Source: Propionibacterium ruminifibrarum
GTDB taxonomy: Bacteria; Actinomycetota; Actinomycetes; Propionibacteriales; Propionibacteriaceae
Direction: 5' to 3'
Assembly (NCBI RefSeq): GCF_900289195.1
Contig: NZ_OMOH01000005.1
Location: 233,076-265,075 of the forward strand
DNA: 32,000 nt
Part shown: positions 26,652 through 32,000 of the stretch, piece by piece
Layout of the letters: each line of letters starts with the position of its first letter
Numbering within the stretch: position 1 is the first letter of the stretch
Position numbers and translations under genes: made by a program
The notes under the pieces: generated by a model
What the model was told of the DNA's origin: nothing
Database searches by the model: none
Seen by the model: the letters and a program-made list of their open reading frames with translations, nothing else

Positions 26652-27383
26652 CTAGGCCGGGCGGGCGGTTCCGGGGTCTCGGCCTCCGAAGACGCTCCAT
26701 CCCCGCGGCCAGCCGACGGGCTCGTCGTCGAGCACCGCCAGCGCCGCGACCGCGTCGGGAAGGGGCCGCCAGTGCGCCAGCTGCACGCCGGGCCACTGCA
26801 GGGTGTCGTTCTCGGGCCGGCGCGGGTCGGACAGGAAGCCGGTGCCGCGGGCCTTCAGCAGCGCCTCCTTCGCGGTCCACAGGCGCAGCGCGTCCGCATC
26901 GCGGGGGTGGGCGGCCAGCCATGCGCGTTCGGTGGCGGTGAACACGGAGTCCAGTTCGCGGATGGTTCCGGCGCTGCCCAGACCCTGCGTGTCGACGCCT
27001 ACCGTGGCCTGGGAGAGTACGACGACCACGGTGTTGTCGTGACTGATCGAGACCTGCCAGCCGGGCAGGTCGGGCACGGGGCGGCCGGTGCCGTGGTCCG
27101 ACCCGCTTGTGAGGAGCCGGACCGTGGTTCCCGGCGGGGCCAGGCCGAGATCGGCGGCGATGAGTCCGGCACGGTGCAGCAGGGCCCTGGCGGTGGCGTA
27201 CCGGGAACGGTCCTGCTCGCGGCGTAGCCGCCCCAGGCGCTGGTGATCGGCTGCGGTGAGCAGGTCCGGCGGGATGTCGCGGCGCCAGTGGGCCAGGGGC
27301 CGCGACCAGGTGAGGACGGCCAGCGGCCGGGCCAAGGTGAGCGCGCCGAACGAGTCGTCCGGCCACTGTCCGACGTCAGACAT
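26652..27383 (-). CDS. 4'-phosphopantetheinyl transferase (Sfp/EntD type)
   Basis: VSISHDN, VGVDTQ and WTAKEALLKARGTG motifs. GGGGAG RBS. The stop is 29 bp upstream of the pepP start. Confidence 0.8.
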   Translation of the reverse strand: MSDVGQWPDDSFGALTLARPLAVLTWSRPLAHWRRDIPPDLLTAADHQRLGRLRREQDRSRYATARALLHRAGLIAADLGLAPPGTTVRLLTSGSDHGTGRPVPDLPGWQVSISHDNTVVVVLSQATVGVDTQGLGSAGTIRELDSVFTATERAWLAAHPRDADALRLWTAKEALLKARGTGFLSDPRRPENDTLQWPGVQLAHWRPLPDAVAALAVLDDEPVGWPRGWSVFGGRDPGTARPA

Positions 27384-27538
27384 GATCGCTCCCCGCTGCT
27401 TCGCCCTGGTCGACGTTCGGCCAGCCTATCGTTCGTACCGATGGACCAAGACGCTTCGGCGCGAGTGATGGTGGTGCGGAAGTCCACGCAGGCGGCCCTA
27501 TCCGGTCGATCGCCGGCGCCCCCGACTAGGCTTGGCCC

Positions 27539-28282
27539 ATGCTCGCTGATCCAGCCGCGCAGCGTCGCCTGCTCGACGTCGCCGCCCTCGACATGAAGCT
27601 CATGCGCCTTCGCCATCAGGCGGCGAACCTTCCCGAGAACGAGGAACTCAAGGCGCTGCAGGCCGAACGGGCCACGCTGACCGGGCAGATCACCGAGGCG
27701 GAGACCCGACGCAGCGACGCCCAGGCCGAACTCGACCGGATCGACCGTGACCTCGACGCCGCCAAGGCGCGCCAGGACCGCAACCAGAGGCGCGCCGACT
27801 CCGGCGAGGTCGCCGACCAGCGGGCACTGCAGTCCCTGCTGGCCGAGATCGAGCACCTCGGTGGCCGCATCAACGACCTCGAGGACACCGAACTCGAGGC
27901 CATGCAGGCCGTCGAGGACGCCACGACGGCGCACACCGAACTGACCGCCCAGCGCACCGAGATCGAGAACCGGATGCGTGCGCTGCTGGCCAGCCGCGAG
28001 AAGAAGAAGACCGAGATCACCGAGCAGGGCAGGCAGCTCATGGACGAACTGGCCCTCACCCGCAAGCCGCTGCCCGATGATCTGCTGGGACTGTACGACA
28101 AGGTCGCCAAGCGCACCGGCTCCAGCGGTGCCGCCGAGCTGCGTGCCAAGCGCTGCGGAGGCTGCGGCCTCGAGCTGGACGCCGCCGAACTGCACGCCAT
28201 CGCCGCGGCCCAACCGAACACGGTCGTGCGGTGTGAGGAATGCGGCCGCATCCTCGTGCGCACCGACGAGTCGGGCCTGTGA
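27539..28282 (+). CDS. Coiled-coil C4 zinc-ribbon protein (COG1579/DUF164 family)
   Basis: Long heptad-like helical region, then a C-terminal CGGCGLEL...VRCEECGRILVR zinc ribbon. There is no SD. A TAGGCT -10-like hexamer ends 6 nt before the ATG, so the mRNA may be leaderless (speculative). Confidence 0.8.
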   Translation: MLADPAAQRRLLDVAALDMKLMRLRHQAANLPENEELKALQAERATLTGQITEAETRRSDAQAELDRIDRDLDAAKARQDRNQRRADSGEVADQRALQSLLAEIEHLGGRINDLEDTELEAMQAVEDATTAHTELTAQRTEIENRMRALLASREKKKTEITEQGRQLMDELALTRKPLPDDLLGLYDKVAKRTGSSGAAELRAKRCGGCGLELDAAELHAIAAAQPNTVVRCEECGRILVRTDESGL

Positions 28283-28348
28283 CAACCGGCGACCGACCCC
28301 CGCCCTCCGCGCATCGTGGGCGCCGGCGAGGCGCGCTACGCTGTCCAC

Positions 28349-28742
28349 GGACGAGTCGGCCGGACGGTCGCGGCGTCTCGGCGTCGAGGAAAGTCCGGGC
28401 TCCACAGGGCAGGGTGGTGGACAACATCCACCCGGGGCGACCCGCGGGACAGTGCCACAGAAAACAAACCGCCCGAGTGATCGGGTAAGGGTGAAACGGT
28501 GGTGCAAGAGACCACCGCGTCGCAGGTGACTGCGATGGCAGGGCAAACCCCACCCGGAGCAAGACCAAGAAGGATGCCTCGGCATCCGCGCAGGTGTTCG
28601 AGGGCTGCCCGCCCGAGCCTGCGGGTAGGTCGCGCGCCCGTTGCGGAAGCGGCGGGCGGAGGGCGCCGGCAACGGCGTTCACAGATGGATGACCGTCGGC
28701 TGTTCGCAGTCACAGAACCCGGCTTACAGGCCGGCTCGTCCT
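28349..28742 (+). ncRNA. rnpB: RNase P RNA, bacterial type A
   Basis: Conserved blocks are present in the correct order: GAGGAAAGTCCGGGCTCCACAGGGCA, ACAGAAAACAAACCGCC, GGTAAGGGTGAAACGGTGGTGCAAGAGACCACC, GGCAAACCCCACCCGGAGCAAGACCAAG, ACAGAACCCGGCTTACAGGCCGGCTCGTC. The 5' GACGAGTCGGCC pairs with the 3' GGCCGGCTCGTC (P1, one G-U). End coordinates are good to about +/-5 nt. Confidence 0.92.
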
Positions 28743-28822
28743 CTCGTGTGGCAGAGTTGGCCGTGCTGGTGCACATGGAGTAGTCCTCGCCAGTCCCGAA
28801 TGGGTGCGTGAAAGGACCGCTG

Positions 28823-28984
28823 ATGAAGAGATTCCAGACCGCAACCCTGGCCATGGCGGTGATCACCTGTGCGGTGTGGATCGACGACACGGCGTGGTGG
28901 ACGCGTGCCATCACCACCGCAGCACTCGTGGTGTGCCTCGTGGCCGACATACGTGGTGCGCGCAGGCAGGTGAGTACGAGGTGA
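28823..28984 (+). CDS. Small hydrophobic protein (53 aa, two predicted TM helices)
   Basis: MKRFQTATLAMAVITCAVWIDDTAWWTRAITTAALVVCLVADIRGARRQVSTR, with AAAGGA 7 nt upstream. By hand count, about 4/5 of third codon positions are G/C in this frame, versus about 3/5 in the overlapping track ORF frame (28804). It is below the track size cutoff. Confidence 0.4.
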   Translation: MKRFQTATLAMAVITCAVWIDDTAWWTRAITTAALVVCLVADIRGARRQVSTR

Positions 28985-29172
28985 GTGTTCAGGCTGTACA
29001 GGAAGCCGCCGGTCGGGTCGCAGAGGCGAAGGCCGTTCATGATGAACGGGTCAGAGAGCTGCGGGCACAGATGCGGGCGGCCGCGGAGGCGGGCGTTCCG
29101 GTCGCTGCCGTGGCGCGAGCCGCCGGGGTGTCGCGGCAGACGGCGATCAACTGGCTCAAGAACGAGCACTAA
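28981..29172 (+). CDS. Small helix-turn-helix protein (63 aa)
   Basis: The C-terminal VAAVARAAGVSRQTAINWLKNEH is a classic HTH, and the N-terminal half looks coiled-coil. I chose GTG 28981, which overlaps the stop of the upstream small ORF (GTGA). The part of track ORF 28804-29172 upstream of this start looks off-frame. Confidence 0.55.
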   Translation: MSVQAVQEAAGRVAEAKAVHDERVRELRAQMRAAAEAGVPVAAVARAAGVSRQTAINWLKNEH

Positions 29173-29305
29173 GGCCCCAAGGTCGGGCCGTGCAGGGCGT
29201 GTTGTCTTTGACAGGACGGGCGGCCAGGCAGCCTGCCAGCAGGTGAGGACGGTCAGCTTGACTGCTGGGCCTGCCAGACGTCCTTGTGCCGTTCAACGAG
29301 AAGAG

Positions 29306-29530
29306 ATGGTTGTGATGAGTCGCAGCAGATTCACGGTCACTGTTGAGCGCGGTCATGGTTCATGGTGGGTGATCGAGTGCGCAGAGCTCGGTGCCGTCTC
29401 CCAGGTGCGTCGCATCGATCAGGCAGCCGACGACATCCGGGAGGCGGTCGCCCATTTGTCCGGATTGCCCGAGGACGGGTTCGACATCGAGGTCGTCCAA
29501 GCGCTGCCGACGAGCTCCGAGCGAAAGTGA
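29306..29530 (+). CDS. HicB-like (UPF0150-fold) antitoxin-type protein, ~74 aa
   Basis: MVVMSRSRFTVTVERGHGSWWVIECAELGAVSQVRRIDQAADDIREAVAHLSGLPEDGFDIEV follows the actinobacterial HicB N-domain pattern (tv.ve..g.WWv.ev.elg.....r.l.qa....reAia...dvpeDsfd). ATG 29315 is an alternative start. The N-terminal two-thirds of track ORF 28985-29530 is rejected. Confidence 0.55.
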   Translation: MVVMSRSRFTVTVERGHGSWWVIECAELGAVSQVRRIDQAADDIREAVAHLSGLPEDGFDIEVVQALPTSSERK

Positions 29531-29574
29531 GAAACCTCAGGATGCCGCAGGGCTGAACCACGGACTCCCGCACG

Positions 29575-30285
29575 ATGCGGGTGTTCCGCCTGCTCGGTAC
29601 CTGCACTGTCACTGCCCACCCCGGTGGCACCATGGAGGGCATGGCGGATGCGGATTCGAGCGGCACGGACGGGCTGAGGCCCGGCTATCTCGTCTCGTTG
29701 GCCGTCAAGACCTTCCTCCTGGTGGGGGTCGTTCTCGTCGTCGTGTGCTTCTTCACGCTGATCTCCTCCTCGCTCGGCTACCAGGAGGGGAGCCCCGCTG
29801 GGGGCGTCAGCGACTGGAGTGGGTGGATTCTTCAGCGTGCCTTCTTCGACGGTCTCGACCCGCGTCTGTCGGCAGGGGAGTTGTTCGGTGCAGCCCTGTG
29901 GACCGGTATGCGCACCTTCGGTCTCTTCCCCCTGACCCTGGCCCTGATGGCCAGGCATGTCTCCCGCCAGATCTGGGAGGAACCGAAGCGCCATGTCTTC
30001 AGACTCATCGGCCTGGGCATGTTCGTGCTGGCCCTGCTCAACCCGGACGATCTCATGCGCTCGGGCCTGCCCTACGGCCTGAACATCTACGCCGTGACCC
30101 TGGGCCCCGCCCTGACCGTGGTCGGCGGATGCATCGACCGGCAACTCTTCGGTGCCGAGAAACCCATCTGGCAGCGCGACTGGGATCCTGCTGCGCAGGG
30201 CCTTCCCCAGCCCGTCTGGTCATCAGTGGCGGGGCCCAGCGGTACACAGGAGCCGCCGCTGCCAAGCAGCCAGAACCCGTACTGA
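29575..30285 (+). CDS. Hypothetical integral membrane protein (about four TM helices)
   Basis: High G/C at third codon positions throughout. TM segments: LVSLAVKTFLLVGVVLVVVCFFTLI, LFGAALWTGMRTFGLFPLTLALMA, VFRLIGLGMFVLALL, IYAVTLGPALTVVGGCI. I recognise no family. The start is uncertain (ATG 29575, 29632 or 29641; none has a good SD). Confidence 0.6.
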   Translation: MRVFRLLGTCTVTAHPGGTMEGMADADSSGTDGLRPGYLVSLAVKTFLLVGVVLVVVCFFTLISSSLGYQEGSPAGGVSDWSGWILQRAFFDGLDPRLSAGELFGAALWTGMRTFGLFPLTLALMARHVSRQIWEEPKRHVFRLIGLGMFVLALLNPDDLMRSGLPYGLNIYAVTLGPALTVVGGCIDRQLFGAEKPIWQRDWDPAAQGLPQPVWSSVAGPSGTQEPPLPSSQNPY

Positions 30286-30303
30286 CCGATGACCCGCCCA
30301 GCA

Positions 30304-30330
30304 GCCGGGCCGCAGCCCGCGCGGCCCGGC
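30304..30330. terminator. GC-rich hairpin between the convergent membrane-protein gene and map
   Basis: GCCGGGCCGC-agcccgc-GCGGCCCGGC: a perfect 10-bp stem with a 7-nt loop. No clear U-tract. Confidence 0.45.
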
Positions 30331-30336
30331 CTGGCG

Positions 30337-31263
30337 TCAGGCGACGGACTGCTCGATGGCCGACAGATCGATGGCGCCCGGGTCACCGCCGAGGATCGGT
30401 TCGCCGCTGCTGGGCAGGGTGAGGACCTCGGCGCCCTGCTCGGTGATCACCAGGGTCTGTTCGAACTGGGCGCACCGTGAGCCGTCCTGGGTCAGGACGG
30501 TCCAGCCGTCGTCCCACTGCGTGGTGCGGGCGCTGCCGATGGTCAGCATCGGCTCGATCGTCAACGTCATGCCCGGCGCCATCGTGCGGTCGTAACGCGG
30601 TTCGTCGTAGTGGAAGATGATCAAGCCGGAGTGGAAGGCCGTGTGCACGCCGTGCCCGGTGTACTCGCGCACCACGTCGTAGCCGAAACGCCTGGCGTAC
30701 TTCTCGATGACGCGGCCGATGACCGACACCGAACGGCCGGGCTTGCAGGCCTTGATCGCGCGATACATCGCCTCCCTGGTGACCTCGGAGAGACGCTTGG
30801 ACTCCTCGTCCACCTCACCCACGTAGAAGGTGGCGCAGTTGTCGCCGTGCACGCCCTCGGCATAGGCGGTCACGTCGATCTTGACGATGTCGCCGTCCTC
30901 GAGGGGCCGCGTGTCGGGGATGCCGTGACAGATGACCTCGTTGACGCTCGTGCAGATGCTCTTGGGGAAGCCCCGGTAGTCCAGGCTCGCCGGCCACGCA
31001 TGATGGTCGCACATGAACTCATGGGCCACGGCGTCGAGATGATCGGTCGTGACGCCGGGTGCGATCTGGCTGGCCGCCACGAGGATGGCGTCGGCGGCGA
31101 TCCGGCCCGCGACGCGCATCCTCTCGACGATCTCGTCGCTCTGGATGTCGGAGCCCTCATAGTTCTCAGGCCCCATCTTCCCCACATAGGGGGGGCGGGC
31201 GATGCCGGCGGGGACGGAACGTTTCGGGCTCTGAGGGTAAGGCTTCATGGCAGTCACGGGCAC
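30337..31263 (-). CDS. map: Type I methionyl aminopeptidase (actinobacterial form with N-terminal extension)
   Basis: M24A motifs VICHGIP, DIVKIDVTAYAEGVHGD, YTGHGV, LTIEPM and QFEQTLVIT. GTG 31263 or ATG 31248 as start. Confidence 0.92.
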   Translation of the reverse strand: MPVTAMKPYPQSPKRSVPAGIARPPYVGKMGPENYEGSDIQSDEIVERMRVAGRIAADAILVAASQIAPGVTTDHLDAVAHEFMCDHHAWPASLDYRGFPKSICTSVNEVICHGIPDTRPLEDGDIVKIDVTAYAEGVHGDNCATFYVGEVDEESKRLSEVTREAMYRAIKACKPGRSVSVIGRVIEKYARRFGYDVVREYTGHGVHTAFHSGLIIFHYDEPRYDRTMAPGMTLTIEPMLTIGSARTTQWDDGWTVLTQDGSRCAQFEQTLVITEQGAEVLTLPSSGEPILGGDPGAIDLSAIEQSVA

Positions 31264-31321
31264 AGTCTAGGACCCGGCCCGCGCCCCGCCCATCAGAATT
31301 GCGAGTGGTTCTCGAAAATGC

Positions 31322-32000
31322 TCAGGGGACCACCTTCATCTGGTCCATGCACTCCTGCGCCTTGGCCATCCGGTCGGCATCGCCCAGGTTGATGCTGGAG
31401 ATGAAGACGCCGAGGTGGTCGTTCGAGCCGACGTCGACGACGTAGATGTCGACGACGTCGCCCCTGACCTGGGGCAGGGAACTCATCGACACGTAGACCT
31501 CTGACTGGATGTGCCAGGCCTGGTGCCCGTCGACGGTGGTCTCCTCGTCGACGAGGTCCTTCTGTCCCGTGTATCCGTCGTAGTAGCCGCTGGAGGCGTA
31601 GCACTCGAGGGTCTGGCGGGCCGAGGTGCTCAGATCGGTGAAACCGTCCTCGAACAGCAGGGCGCCGACGGCGATGTCCGCCACCCAGCCAACGTAGATC
31701 TGATCATCGATGGCGTGGAAGTCGGCGACCCAGTCGAGACCCTTGTAACTCTTGTCCCAGCCCTCGATCGTGGGGACCCGCAGGTTGCCACCGGTCAGTG
31801 AGCCATCCACCTGATCGGTCGTCGTCCCGCCTGTCGTGACGGGGCAGCGTTGGCTGGATTGGTTGGAGGTGTCTTCGGGGGTGGGGGTGCTGGTTTCGTC
31901 CCAGACGGGTTCGGTGGGTGCTGCGGTGTTGGTGTCCTCGGGGACGTCGCCGTGTCGGTTGAGTCCGCCTCGGGTCAGGGCGATGGCTGTGATGATGGCG
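31322..32000 (-). CDS. Membrane-anchored secreted hypothetical protein, C-terminal part (gene continues beyond window end)
   Basis: The reading frame stays open upstream of the track start (GTG 31810) to the window edge. It translates as ...AIITAIALT (TM helix), then RGGLNRHGDVPEDTNTAAPTEPVWDETSTPTPEDTSNQ (linker), then a globular domain (RVPTIEGWDKSYKGLDWVADF...). No family assigned. Confidence 0.55.
   Translation of the reverse strand, partial: AIITAIALTRGGLNRHGDVPEDTNTAAPTEPVWDETSTPTPEDTSNQSSQRCPVTTGGTTTDQVDGSLTGGNLRVPTIEGWDKSYKGLDWVADFHAIDDQIYVGWVADIAVGALLFEDGFTDLSTSARQTLECYASSGYYDGYTGQKDLVDEETTVDGHQAWHIQSEVYVSMSSLPQVRGDVVDIYVVDVGSNDHLGVFISSINLGDADRMAKAQECMDQMKVVP

Noticed and set aside
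26623-27366. 248-codon N-terminal extension of the pepP ORF (track 25180-27366)
   Set aside because: The extension overlaps the PPTase gene in another frame and is Arg/Pro/Gly junk. A good RBS (GGGAGG) and the conserved PepP N-terminus begin at 26622.
26999-28672. 557-aa minus-strand ORF
   Set aside because: It lies antisense to the zinc-ribbon gene and covers most of rnpB, which is unambiguously an RNA gene. Its composition is off-frame-like.
29676-29698. Partial similarity (GGCT.TCTCGTCTCGTTGGC) to the rnpB 3' flank GGCTCGTCCTCTCGTGTGGC, considered as an att-like direct repeat
   Set aside because: It needs several mismatches or indels, lies inside the coding region of the 4-TM gene, and has no integrase nearby. 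It is probably coincidence. A proper alignment could revisit this.

Overview
High-GC actinobacterial chromosomal window; gene content and order suggest Propionibacteriales-like, at low confidence. All family calls come from reading the translations and from memory of conserved motifs. No database search was run.

Most of the window is conserved housekeeping backbone:
- aspA (partial), a GntR regulator and fumC
- a D-2-hydroxyacid dehydrogenase
- fdxA-dapC
- a Tat-lipoprotein with dapD, divergent from dapE-LOG
- a DivIVA-domain protein and the small DUF3117 gene, which is missing from the ORF track
- glgA(glgM) divergent from glgC
- an O-methyltransferase, dapA, tatB and mrp
- a DUF1003 / MgtE-N+CBS pair
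- an MBL hydrolase + FrnE-like DsbA operon, divergent from a TetR gene, then CitE
- a YflT-like membrane protein
- pepP, a PPTase, a C4 zinc-ribbon protein, RNase P RNA (rnpB) and map

Gene order from fdxA to the YflT-like gene resembles the M. tuberculosis Rv1177-Rv1234 region as I recall it.

Two patches look accessory:
1. ~22.44-25.18 kb: three same-strand orphan genes with strong RBSs and >300 bp spacers. The middle gene is visibly AT-richer. All three tentatively resemble polymorphic-toxin immunity proteins, and no toxin gene is visible.
2. ~28.74-30.34 kb, directly 3' of rnpB: four small genes. These are a 53-aa 2-TM peptide overlapping a 63-aa HTH protein, then a HicB-like antitoxin with no HicA, followed by a 4-TM protein.

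These patches are the best candidates for something undescribed, but I cannot prove function from sequence alone.

I found no CRISPR array, tRNA, rRNA, transposase or integrase. Many long ORFs in the track are off-frame or antisense artefacts of high GC.
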